Positions 30,515-39,438 of a stretch of DNA of 64,000 bases are shown one piece after another; positions within the stretch are counted from its first letter, which is position 1, and every line of letters starts with the position of its first letter. Below the pieces are notes generated by a model that made no database searches, was not told the origin of the DNA, and saw only the letters and a program-made list of their open reading frames with translations. The stretch covers positions 608,001 to 672,000 of the forward strand of contig OZ239628.1 in assembly GCA_965195345.1 (NCBI GenBank), given 5' to 3'. The DNA comes from an uncultured Thiomicrospira sp. (GTDB lineage Bacteria; Pseudomonadota; Gammaproteobacteria; CAKMZV01). Both the position numbers and the translations under genes were made by a program.

Positions 30515-30797
30515 GAGGAATTGAGAATATTTTTTGTTTTTTTATGTCGGGTGTAACAATCATTTCATTTTTTTTTGCCCATTTATCAACTTTCGATAAC
30601 GCTGATAAAAAACCAAATTCAAGCTGATATTGTCTAACTTGCTCTGAAAGTTTACTTTCTTGGCTGAGTAATTTATGATGTGTATTTGTTTTATTACGGT
30701 ACTCATTAGCTACAAATACAATAGCAAACATTTGAATAGCAACTAAGCATAAAAGTCCCAACCAGAAAAACCAATTACGCTCTGTTGATTTGTTCAC
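30489..30797 (-). CDS. ftsL: Cell division protein FtsL
   Basis: Short cytoplasmic N-terminus, one TM, coiled coil with LE...L...KVD..A...M..P; directly upstream of ftsI. Confidence 0.75.
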   Translation of the reverse strand: MNKSTERNWFFWLGLLCLVAIQMFAIVFVANEYRNKTNTHHKLLSQESKLSEQVRQYQLEFGFLSALSKVDKWAKKNEMIVTPDIKKQKIFSIPHDQKSREN

Positions 30798-30806
30798 TGC
30801 CTTTTA

Positions 30807-32399
30807 TCAATCTTGTTGCGCGCGTTTCAATGAAGAATCAAAGATTGAGTTTGAGTTTACCCAATTTTCCTTTCGTTTCTCTTTTCTCTCTTTTTCAACT
30901 CTGTCGAGCACTATCGAATTATTTGTGCTTTCGTTCATATTTTCACTGTTTGCAGATCCTATGCGTTCTTCTACGGATTGAACGATGGATTGGTCATGAC
31001 TAATGCCAGTCGCAATAACTGTTATTTGAAGCTTATCTCCCAGATTTTCATCGGGCATCAAACAAATTTTCACTAATCCACCCTGAACATAATTACTCAA
31101 AATACTATTAACTTTTGCAATTTCTTTTTTACCAAATCGTCCGCGCAAATTAATCAACATGCTTTTAGCGACATCAAACTTTTGTATATCAATCAAAGGA
31201 TTGTTTAAAGCATCCATTACGGCTTGCTCAACCCTTTCTTCTCCTCGCCCTCCAGATTCGCCAATTCCTATAATTGCGCGTCCACGATGTTTGCAGACCG
31301 CTTTGAGGTCATTAAAATCAGCATTGAACATTCCGTGATTAGCCAATACTTCGTATACGCCTGATATGGAGTTTACCAACACTTGATGAGCGCTGCTCAT
31401 TTGCGTATGAAAATCATCAGCATCAATATGCTCAAGGTTATCGTTGGGGATGACGATAAGTGCATCACTGTATTTTTGTAATTCATCAAGTCCGTGATTA
31501 GCTCGTTCAGTTTTACCTTCAAATTCATAAGGCATGTATACAACACTGAATACGAGAATATCAAGATCGTTTGCAAGTTTTGCTACAACGGGTGATGATC
31601 CTGTTCCAGTACCTCCTCCCATGGAGGTTGAAAGAAATACCATGTTGGAATCTTTGAGAAATTCGCTGATTTGTTCTTTCTGTTCTTCAGCGTACCTTCG
31701 CCCTAACTCAGGGTCTCCACCAGCACCGAGACCATTAGGACCTAATTTAATATGTTTTGTAGCTTGAGTACGTTCAAGTGTCTGACCGTCTGTGTTTACG
31801 GCAATTGTTTCAAGATAATCAACGCCTGACTCATGAAGGAAATTTAAAGCATTACAACCACCACCACCAATCCCAATCGCTTTTATGATTGTATTCATAC
31901 TGTTATAAGGAGAAATTATTTTTGTCTCTCCTGCTTCGCTATCACGATTGATATTAGTTATCGAAGAACTAAATGAAGGTGCTTTATATTCTGGGTTCAT
32001 AATAAACTCCATGTTATTATTGTTAGTGACCTCTGCAAGAGGATGGTTTTGATTGGAATCGTTTTCGAAAATGACATCTTTACTTACATCAAGAAAATCC
32101 GTCCAAATAGGTGGATCTATTTCAATGGAAATAGCACTATTATCTGAAACGTTTAAATCTTGATATTCGTGATGATTGAGCCACAGCATTTCTTCTGAGA
32201 TCAACTCAAAAGGGGATGAGGAAACTGGAGCTAATGGTTTCTCTGATTTAAAACTAGACATATCATATGCTTTGTATACTTCTGCCGTATCTGGCAATAA
32301 ATATATTTCATCTTCAAATTGAGATGCAGACGGATTATTCATCATTGACATCAAAGAATCTGGGAATGATAGGTCATTAGCTGGTGTTTTATCGTACAT
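30807..32399 (-). CDS. ftsZ: Divergent FtsZ-family GTPase with long acidic N-terminal extension
   Basis: IGIGGGGCNA, NTD, GLGAGGDP, MGGGTGTG tubulin signature, IPND, NADFND (T7 loop), ITVIATG. Confidence 0.9.
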   Translation of the reverse strand: MYDKTPANDLSFPDSLMSMMNNPSASQFEDEIYLLPDTAEVYKAYDMSSFKSEKPLAPVSSSPFELISEEMLWLNHHEYQDLNVSDNSAISIEIDPPIWTDFLDVSKDVIFENDSNQNHPLAEVTNNNNMEFIMNPEYKAPSFSSSITNINRDSEAGETKIISPYNSMNTIIKAIGIGGGGCNALNFLHESGVDYLETIAVNTDGQTLERTQATKHIKLGPNGLGAGGDPELGRRYAEEQKEQISEFLKDSNMVFLSTSMGGGTGTGSSPVVAKLANDLDILVFSVVYMPYEFEGKTERANHGLDELQKYSDALIVIPNDNLEHIDADDFHTQMSSAHQVLVNSISGVYEVLANHGMFNADFNDLKAVCKHRGRAIIGIGESGGRGEERVEQAVMDALNNPLIDIQKFDVAKSMLINLRGRFGKKEIAKVNSILSNYVQGGLVKICLMPDENLGDKLQITVIATGISHDQSIVQSVEERIGSANSENMNESTNNSIVLDRVEKERKEKRKENWVNSNSIFDSSLKRAQQD

Positions 32400-33321
32400 G
32401 GCTGGTTTTTGATTGTTTTTCGAAAATGGTTAATTGAGCACTTCGAGCACGTGGGTTAATTAGTAGTTCTTCTTTGCTTGGAGTAACTTTTGTTATTTTT
32501 TTCATAACGATTGGCATATCGGGAACAGGAAGTCCACGAGGTATGTCAAAGCGGTTGTTAATCACTTTATGAAAATTTTTCACTATCTTATGTTCAAGTG
32601 AATGAAACGAAATGATAGCTAACCGGCCATTGTCTTGTAAAATCTCGTAAGCTTGTTTCAACACAGAATTCAAGGTGTTGATCTCATCGTTCACAGCAAT
32701 CCGTAATGCTAAGAATGAACGAGTGGCGGGGTGCTTTTTACGTTCTCTACGTACACAGGTGCTGATCAGATCAGCTAGTTCAAGTGTTGTTTCGAGACCA
32801 TTTTTATCTAATGAGTTTTTAATATGCGAAGCGATTTTTCTGGAATGCCTTTCGCCAGCATAATTCCAGAGTGCATCAGCTATTTGTTCCTCGGTATGTT
32901 CAATTAACCATTGACGTGCACTTATGCCAGCCTGAGGGTTCATGCGCATATCTAAAGGACCATCTTTTTGAAAAGAAAAACCACGCTGAGGATCATCCAG
33001 TTGAGGGGAAGACACCCCAGCGTCTAAAAGAACACCGCTAACGGTGCTGGCTACACGGTGGCTTTTTGCCACTTCTTCTAATTGTTCAAAGTTGCATTGA
33101 TGAAAGTGAAATCGTTCATCAGACAGAGATTGCTTTTTTGCGGTTTTTGCCGCTTCAGGATCTTGATCAAGTGCAATCAATTTTCCCTTACTATTGAGCA
33201 TTTTTAATATTGCCTTGGAGTGTCCGCCTCGACCATAAGTTACGTCTATATAACACCCGTCTGGCTTAATGTCTAAGTGTGTAATGACTTCAGATACCAT
33301 GATGGGACAATGCTCGCTCAT
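32389..33321 (-). CDS. rsmH: 16S rRNA m4C1402 methyltransferase
   Basis: TYGRGGHS, DAGVSSPQLD, RGFSF, PLDMRM, HPATRSF, ISFHSLE, NPRARSA. Confidence 0.97.
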   Translation of the reverse strand: MSEHCPIMVSEVITHLDIKPDGCYIDVTYGRGGHSKAILKMLNSKGKLIALDQDPEAAKTAKKQSLSDERFHFHQCNFEQLEEVAKSHRVASTVSGVLLDAGVSSPQLDDPQRGFSFQKDGPLDMRMNPQAGISARQWLIEHTEEQIADALWNYAGERHSRKIASHIKNSLDKNGLETTLELADLISTCVRRERKKHPATRSFLALRIAVNDEINTLNSVLKQAYEILQDNGRLAIISFHSLEHKIVKNFHKVINNRFDIPRGLPVPDMPIVMKKITKVTPSKEELLINPRARSAQLTIFEKQSKTSHVR

Positions 33322-33768
33322 TCATAACTTCAAGTTTGATAATACTTCAGGCAGGACAATATTCGCATCCAATGGCGCCAGTTCATCAGTTCCTGGGGCA
33401 CATAACTCGAAGCTATTTCCCATGCTTTTCATTTCCAATTCATTTGTAATATCTGCGTATTGAAGCAGAGGCGAAGGAACATGAATACGACCCGTGGCAT
33501 CAATTTTTGTTTCAGTGGCATAGCCTATGGTTCGACGCTTTATTTTGCGGACGATAGGATCGCCACTGGGAAGATCAATGAGCCCAGGTAATATTTCTTT
33601 TTGCCAATATGTAAAGGGGTACAAGAGCAATATTCTTTCAAAAATGTCTGCCGTTATCAACAATTTGGATCCTGACTCTTCTATCAAAATTTCTCGATAA
33701 CGGATAGGTACAGAAAAACGCCCTTTATTGTCGAGTTTTATTGAGGTTGGTCCGGGAAAATAATTCAT
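33322..33768 (-). CDS. mraZ: Transcriptional regulator MraZ
   Basis: Two DxxGR motifs (DNKGR, DATGR); first gene upstream of rsmH. Confidence 0.92.
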   Translation of the reverse strand: MNYFPGPTSIKLDNKGRFSVPIRYREILIEESGSKLLITADIFERILLLYPFTYWQKEILPGLIDLPSGDPIVRKIKRRTIGYATETKIDATGRIHVPSPLLQYADITNELEMKSMGNSFELCAPGTDELAPLDANIVLPEVLSNLKL

Positions 33769-33777
33769 TGCACATTG

Positions 33778-33810
33778 ATTTTACCACAAATTCCCACAAA
33801 TCAATACAAA
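33778..33810 (-). promoter_or_regulatory. MraZ-binding repeats overlapping the extended -10 of the dcw promoter
   Basis: Minus strand TTTGTATTGA TTTGTGGGAA TTTGTGGTAA AAT: 10-bp periodic GTGG-type boxes; TGG-TAAAAT 9 nt before ATG. Confidence 0.7.
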
Positions 33811-34050
33811 ATTGATATTTTATGGATATGGATATGTATTTACAGTGTAAAAAATAAAATTTAAATTCTATTTTTTTGTATAACCTATTGAATTTTATTT
33901 ATATTATTGAGTTTATATCAAGGTGGTAAATTGTGGAATTATCTTTTGAAAAAGCAAATTAATATTTATTGTTAGGTTGTGGCTTTTGTAGGTTAAAAAC
34001 CAGCTACAATCTCGACGCTTGTTTAATTTTTTCAAAAACTTTTTTAATAT

Positions 34051-34641
34051 ATGACTTGGAATAACACCACTTTTTTATTAAGCACACCGACGTTGGATAA
34101 TGTTTGTGCCGATGAAGGAAGTGAAATTGCTTTTGCTGGACGCTCTAATGCTGGCAAGTCCAGTTTGCTCAATGCCTTGTGTAATCGAAAGGTATTAGCG
34201 TTAACATCTAGGACGCCTGGTCGTACAAGGCACTTGGTGTTTTTTGAATGCGATTTAAAGAAACAACATCGATTTGTTGATTTACCAGGGTATGGATTTG
34301 CTAAGGCTTCAAAAAATGAGAGAAAGTTATGGGGAAAACTAATTGGGGATTATTTTGATCAACGAAAATCGCTTCGTGGGATTGTGTTAATTTCTGATGT
34401 TCGCCAACCTTTGAAAGAAACTGATTTTTTGTTGCTTTCTTATATGGAGAAATTACATCTCCCAGTACATATATATTTTTCCAAGTTGGATAAGATAAGT
34501 AAAAATGAGTTATTTAAGCAGAAAAAGCTTATTGAAGAGAGATTGCAAGGTCAGCCTATGTGTACCTTTTCATTTGGTTCTTCGGTTAAGCGATTAGGGT
34601 TGGAGGATGTTACTGCTTGGATAAACTTGTATTTGCGGTAA
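34051..34641 (+). CDS. yihA: Ribosome biogenesis GTP-binding protein YihA/YsxC
   Basis: GRSNAGKSS, TPGRT, DLPGYG, SKLDK. Confidence 0.95.
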   Translation: MTWNNTTFLLSTPTLDNVCADEGSEIAFAGRSNAGKSSLLNALCNRKVLALTSRTPGRTRHLVFFECDLKKQHRFVDLPGYGFAKASKNERKLWGKLIGDYFDQRKSLRGIVLISDVRQPLKETDFLLLSYMEKLHLPVHIYFSKLDKISKNELFKQKKLIEERLQGQPMCTFSFGSSVKRLGLEDVTAWINLYLR

Positions 34642-34650
34642 TTTTTGGGA

Positions 34651-35505
34651 ATGAATAAGTTATTGTTGTTGGGTTATATTGACCTATTACGTCTGAATAA
34701 GCCAGTTGGTATTTATCTGCTGTTATGGCCAACGGCATGGGCATTGCTCGTTGCGGCACAAGGTAGTGCTGATTGGACTATTAATATTATCTTTATTATC
34801 GGTGTCGTTGTGATGCGTTCTGCGGGTTGTGTAATTAATGATTATGCAGACAGGCATATTGATCACAAAGTAAATCGAACTAAAACACGCCCCCTTGTTG
34901 ATGGAAGATTAACAGAAGGTCATGCTCTGATTGCTTTTTTCATTTTGACCTTACTGGCTCTATTGTTAGTGTTGCAGTTAAACTTAAATACAATTTTGCT
35001 TGCATTTGGTGGACTACTGTTGACTCTGATCTATCCTTTTACTAAACGTTGGTTTTGGTATCCACAATTCTTTCTTGGTTTGGCTTTTAGTTGGGCTATT
35101 CCTATGGCATTTATGGCGTACCAACAAGAATTGCCATGGGCGTGTTGGGCGTTGTACTTTTTGAATTTACTGTGGGTGGTAGCCTACGATACTATATATG
35201 CTTTAGGCGATTTAGAAGAAGACATTGTTGCGGGTATTAAATCGACAGCCCGATTATTTGGCACCTTTGCGCATTATGCTGTCATAACGTTGTTGGTTTT
35301 TTTTCTACTAGGGTTTGCTGTATTTGCATGGCAGCAAAACGTCAATTCTTTATTTATCCCTTTTTGGATTTTCGCTTGGGTTTTGTTTGCACACCAAATA
35401 AGGCTTATGTTGTGTCGAACGCCTGAGAAATATTTACAAGCGTTTAAGGACAGTCATTGGATGGGTCTAAGCCTTTTAATAGGCTTGTTGGTTTCAACAC
35501 AGTAA
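34651..35505 (+). CDS. ubiA: 4-hydroxybenzoate polyprenyltransferase
   Basis: RLNKPVGIYLLLWP, NDYADRHID, RTKTRPL, YDTIYA...D.EED, GIKSTA. Confidence 0.95.
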   Translation: MNKLLLLGYIDLLRLNKPVGIYLLLWPTAWALLVAAQGSADWTINIIFIIGVVVMRSAGCVINDYADRHIDHKVNRTKTRPLVDGRLTEGHALIAFFILTLLALLLVLQLNLNTILLAFGGLLLTLIYPFTKRWFWYPQFFLGLAFSWAIPMAFMAYQQELPWACWALYFLNLLWVVAYDTIYALGDLEEDIVAGIKSTARLFGTFAHYAVITLLVFFLLGFAVFAWQQNVNSLFIPFWIFAWVLFAHQIRLMLCRTPEKYLQAFKDSHWMGLSLLIGLLVSTQ

Positions 35506-35581
35506 GCCCTTAATATAGCAAGAGTGCTATTCATGCTATGATGCACGTAATCTTATAAGAGTGTGCTAAGCAAACGTGGAC

Positions 35582-36205
35582 CTATTTTGGTTGTTTAAGT
35601 AGCCAATCCACTAATCGAAATAATTGAGCGTTTCCACCAGCTTGATTAACTGAAGTCAAGTATTTCCCATTTACCAAAATATTTGGGACGCCAGATATTT
35701 GAGATTGTGTACTTAATTTTCTTGCTTTTTCAACGAGATTGCTGACAGTGAATCCTTTGTATATGTCTTCGAATTTTTTTTGGGAAATGCCAGCTGTTGC
35801 AAATAATCTAATTAAATCTTCTGATGATTTCAATCCCTTGCCTTTATGGATTTCGTTAAATATTTTATCGTGAAGCTGCTGCTCTACATTTAAGGTTTTG
35901 GCAGTATAGTAAAGTCTTGCAGACCAATCCCAACGCTTATTTGCGAAAGTAGCCGGTATAGGGTAGAAAGCAACGTTAGAAGGTTTTTTTCTTAACCAAA
36001 TTTTTATGTAAGGCTCGAGCTTGAAACAGTGAGGACAGCCATAATAAAAGAACTCAACAACTTCTGGACTTTTGCCATCACCTACATAGAGTGGTTTGTC
36101 AAGAATTTCAAAGTGTTCATATTCTTCCCAAGGTTCGGCTATAGCAATATTAAATATTGTGAGAGCGGTACTAAGAATAATGAGTTTTAAAACATTTTGT
36201 AACAT
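35582..36205 (-). CDS. dsbA: Thiol:disulfide oxidoreductase DsbA
   Basis: Signal peptide, EFFYYGCPHC, cis-Pro GVP, VNGKY. Confidence 0.92.
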   Translation of the reverse strand: MLQNVLKLIILSTALTIFNIAIAEPWEEYEHFEILDKPLYVGDGKSPEVVEFFYYGCPHCFKLEPYIKIWLRKKPSNVAFYPIPATFANKRWDWSARLYYTAKTLNVEQQLHDKIFNEIHKGKGLKSSEDLIRLFATAGISQKKFEDIYKGFTVSNLVEKARKLSTQSQISGVPNILVNGKYLTSVNQAGGNAQLFRLVDWLLKQPK

Positions 36206-37363
36206 CTAAAGTTCTCCGTAAGAATGTAATCCTGATAAAAACATATTTACTCCTATAAAAGCAAATAAAGTAACGAATAATCCAACAATAGCCCACCAAG
36301 CCATAAGCGCTCCACGCATGCCCTTGCTAAGGTGCAAATGAAGCCATGCGGCATAATTTAACCACACAATCAGTGCCCAGGTTTCTTTAGGGTCCCAAGA
36401 CCAATACCCTCCCCACGCTTCGGCTGCCCACATTGCGCCCAATACCGTAGCGATGGTAAAAAATGCAAATCCTAAAGCAATCGACTTATACATTAAATCA
36501 TGCATAAGATGTAACGATGGTAAGCGCTGCAACCACTGAGACTGCGGGTTATTTCTTTCCATGCGATCTACGATTAACCAAGCAACAGCAACCATAGCCG
36601 AAATAGCAAAGCAACCATAGCCAATGAAATTCGCAGGGACGTGAATTTTCATCCAATAAGAGTTTAGAGCAGGGACTAAAGGTTGAATGATATGTGCTTC
36701 ACGCTCAAAAGTGTACCATAGCAAGAATGCAACGGCAGATGCAATAATTAGAGAAACAAAAAAACCTAAACGGTAGGTGTTATATTTACGCTGGTAGTGT
36801 AGATATATAAGAGCCGTAATCAAACAGAAAAGAATAAATACTTCATATAAACTGCTTACTGGGATATGACCGATTTGCACATCAATCAAATAGGATTCGT
36901 GCCAACGTACCAGTAAACCATTCATCCCCATAGCGGTTGCACACCAAAGCATTGCAGTTGCTGTTTGGTCGGCAAATCGAGAATCCTTTAATAACCCAAT
37001 TAGGTATGTGAAGCAACCGATAACATACAAAACACTCATCCACATTACTGAAGACTGGCTAGCTAGAAAGTATTTTAGAAAAAACGATTCAGTTGCAAGA
37101 TCCAACTTTCCGTCATATAAATTAATACTAATAAGGGCTATAGCACCAACGGATATTACAAAATTCCGCAATGATTTTTCTTTATGGCCAATATATCCAA
37201 TAATTAAGGTAGTTCCTATGAATATGCCTACTTCATAGGTGTCCATTTGATTGTAATATTGCATTAATCCCAAAAAAAATGCGATAGACAGGATGCTAAA
37301 CCATAGTAGGCTTTGCCACATTTCTAAAAAATTGGGAAATTTAGTGAGAATTTTATTGTTCAT
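36206..37363 (-). CDS. ccsA: System II cytochrome c biogenesis protein CcsA/ResC (called CcsB in beta-proteobacteria)
   Basis: WWD motif WGGYWSWDPKETW, HIPVSSLYE, WMKIHV, GLHSY. Confidence 0.93.
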   Translation of the reverse strand: MNNKILTKFPNFLEMWQSLLWFSILSIAFFLGLMQYYNQMDTYEVGIFIGTTLIIGYIGHKEKSLRNFVISVGAIALISINLYDGKLDLATESFFLKYFLASQSSVMWMSVLYVIGCFTYLIGLLKDSRFADQTATAMLWCATAMGMNGLLVRWHESYLIDVQIGHIPVSSLYEVFILFCLITALIYLHYQRKYNTYRLGFFVSLIIASAVAFLLWYTFEREAHIIQPLVPALNSYWMKIHVPANFIGYGCFAISAMVAVAWLIVDRMERNNPQSQWLQRLPSLHLMHDLMYKSIALGFAFFTIATVLGAMWAAEAWGGYWSWDPKETWALIVWLNYAAWLHLHLSKGMRGALMAWWAIVGLFVTLFAFIGVNMFLSGLHSYGEL

Positions 37364-39273
37364 TTTTTGTTTTTAAACCAAGTGCGTATAATATCAAATT
37401 CTTGCTGTTTTTCCAAGCGATTTTTTATGCCTTCTATAGCAAATATTGAATAATCAGGCTTTAATATCATCCAAAAACGAGCGCGGCGGACATAAAATAA
37501 AATGAAAACCCCTAAAATTAGCATGATGCATCCAATGTATACGATGGGTTTTCCAGGAGCTCTCGTCATTTGTAACCCTGAGGATTGAATCTGTTTAAAG
37601 GACTTAAGTTGTAGAAAAACAGGATCAGGGTAATAAGATAGTACTGAAATTGCAAAAATAGCATCGTCAAAAAATAAAGAGTCTTCTTCGCTTAACTCGA
37701 GGGCGAATATATTTTCATGCTCTTGTAATGTTTGAATAAAAATGCTACTAAGAGATAGTTTTAATAAGTCTAATACGGTAGTTTCTATTTGTTGGCGCCT
37801 CGTTTGATCTGGGAGTGCGTCGAGATAACTTTGGATGCCTGTAAATCCGCTGCGGGCAAAAACCTGCACTAAATTCATTACAAACTGTTGTTGTTTCCTT
37901 AATTCGGGGTCAGTGACGCTTTCGTCAATGAAATGTGTTCTCAAATAGTTGTCGTTTCGAAGTCGGTGCAAAAAATGCATAAACCGATTCGGAGAGTACT
38001 TTTTGTCTGCTGGGATGTATAAGTATTGAAAAGGATCACTTAGCTGTTGTCGTACACCGCTAAGGAAAAACCGTCGCCCTTCGCGCTCAATGGGTAGCAT
38101 GAAGTTTTCATACTCTCTTGCTTGTCCGTCCGGACTTCTCAACTTAAAGCGAAAACTTGGTCCATTGTTATGCGTTTTATTTCCATCGATACCCCCTTGG
38201 ATATTCAATAATCGAAAATCATCCATTTCTAAAGTTAATCGGGTGCCGTCGAGTGGTTCCTCTTCATGCACAGCTATTTTTAAGGAACCTGTGGCTTCAG
38301 TAACTAAGCTCCAAATTTTAAGATCTATCAATGAACCCCCATCGCCAAAGCTGGATTGATATATTGCAATGCCATCAACAATTAATGGTTCGTTTACTCC
38401 GATAGTTGCTGTCGAACGTAGTTGCTTTTTAAGGTCATACACTTCCAATTTGCTTTTAAAAGCTTTGGGTTGACCTGTTGGATAGTATTCAACATTAAAG
38501 TCTTTGACTTTAATATGAAAGGGCAATTTTTGGACAAAATAGCCATCTTTCCAAGGCAGGAAAAGTACGTTAGCAGAACGCCCTTCTGGAATATCAACGC
38601 TACCTCGAAATGCCATGTTGTCACTATTAATCCAAGCAGAGTCAGCAATTTCATCGAGTGGTAGATTGCGAGTCTCGGCGACTAATTGACCAGTTAATGC
38701 TTTCCATTTTGTAGGGATAGCACTATCGTATATAGCTCCAAGGCAAATAACTACAACACCCAAATGAGTAAGAAAGTAACCAATGCGGTTGTAGCGTCCT
38801 TTGACGGCGCTCAAATATTGGATGTTGTCGCCTTGCTTTAGGCGTGTTTTGTAGCCGCTCTTCGTTAGCTTTTTAGTATAGAAATCAACGCTTTGTTGCA
38901 TTCCAAAACTTTCATTGTGCCAGCGCATCGTGCGCAATTGATCAATTGATCGGTTTTGATTGGAAATACGCATTTCACGAAGAAATGTAAAACTATTGCG
39001 TTTGATGCACAGTGTTGTGGATAAAATCAAAAAGGCAAGAACGGTAAAAAACCACCATGCACTGTACACATCGTAAAGACCCAATAGTTTGTAAACTTCA
39101 AACCAAAAGGGACCAAACTTTAATGAATAGTCTGACCATGGTTCATTCTGTTTAATGAAAGTACCAATAGTTGACGCCACTGCAAGCATTACTAGCAATG
39201 TTATAGCTAAATCCATGGAACCTATAAAGGCGGATAAGCGTTGTTTCATTGAATGGAAGGAAATGTGATTCAT
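37360..39273 (-). CDS. resB: System II cytochrome c biogenesis protein ResB/Ccs1
   Basis: SMDLAITLL...ASTIGT, VYSAWWF, conserved TM His (LTHLG), VNEPL, YQSSF, SGLQMTRAPG. Confidence 0.92.
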   Translation of the reverse strand: MNHISFHSMKQRLSAFIGSMDLAITLLVMLAVASTIGTFIKQNEPWSDYSLKFGPFWFEVYKLLGLYDVYSAWWFFTVLAFLILSTTLCIKRNSFTFLREMRISNQNRSIDQLRTMRWHNESFGMQQSVDFYTKKLTKSGYKTRLKQGDNIQYLSAVKGRYNRIGYFLTHLGVVVICLGAIYDSAIPTKWKALTGQLVAETRNLPLDEIADSAWINSDNMAFRGSVDIPEGRSANVLFLPWKDGYFVQKLPFHIKVKDFNVEYYPTGQPKAFKSKLEVYDLKKQLRSTATIGVNEPLIVDGIAIYQSSFGDGGSLIDLKIWSLVTEATGSLKIAVHEEEPLDGTRLTLEMDDFRLLNIQGGIDGNKTHNNGPSFRFKLRSPDGQAREYENFMLPIEREGRRFFLSGVRQQLSDPFQYLYIPADKKYSPNRFMHFLHRLRNDNYLRTHFIDESVTDPELRKQQQFVMNLVQVFARSGFTGIQSYLDALPDQTRRQQIETTVLDLLKLSLSSIFIQTLQEHENIFALELSEEDSLFFDDAIFAISVLSYYPDPVFLQLKSFKQIQSSGLQMTRAPGKPIVYIGCIMLILGVFILFYVRRARFWMILKPDYSIFAIEGIKNRLEKQQEFDIIRTWFKNKK

Positions 39274-39340
39274 ATGCTTTTTAATACATTATCAAGTGTT
39301 TAGGTCGTTCACTAAGTCATTTCGAATTAGCTCATTTACG

Positions 39341-39395
39341 AAGCAGTGAGGATTTTTTTGCAAATAGTGTGCAATAAAAATCACATGCTCTGCTT
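39341..39395. other. Long imperfect hairpin between the MauG-like gene and resB
   Basis: AAGCA..GAG GATTTTT TTGCA pairs with TGCAA AAAAATC ..CTC TGCTT. Confidence 0.45.
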
Positions 39396-39438
39396 GGGGA
39401 AACAAATGGTTTTTATTTGTCAATTTAGTGGGAATTAG

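Noticed and set aside
35506-35581. Two short hairpins between convergent ubiA and dsbA
   Set aside because: Short weak stems without U-tracts; not enough to call a terminator or sRNA
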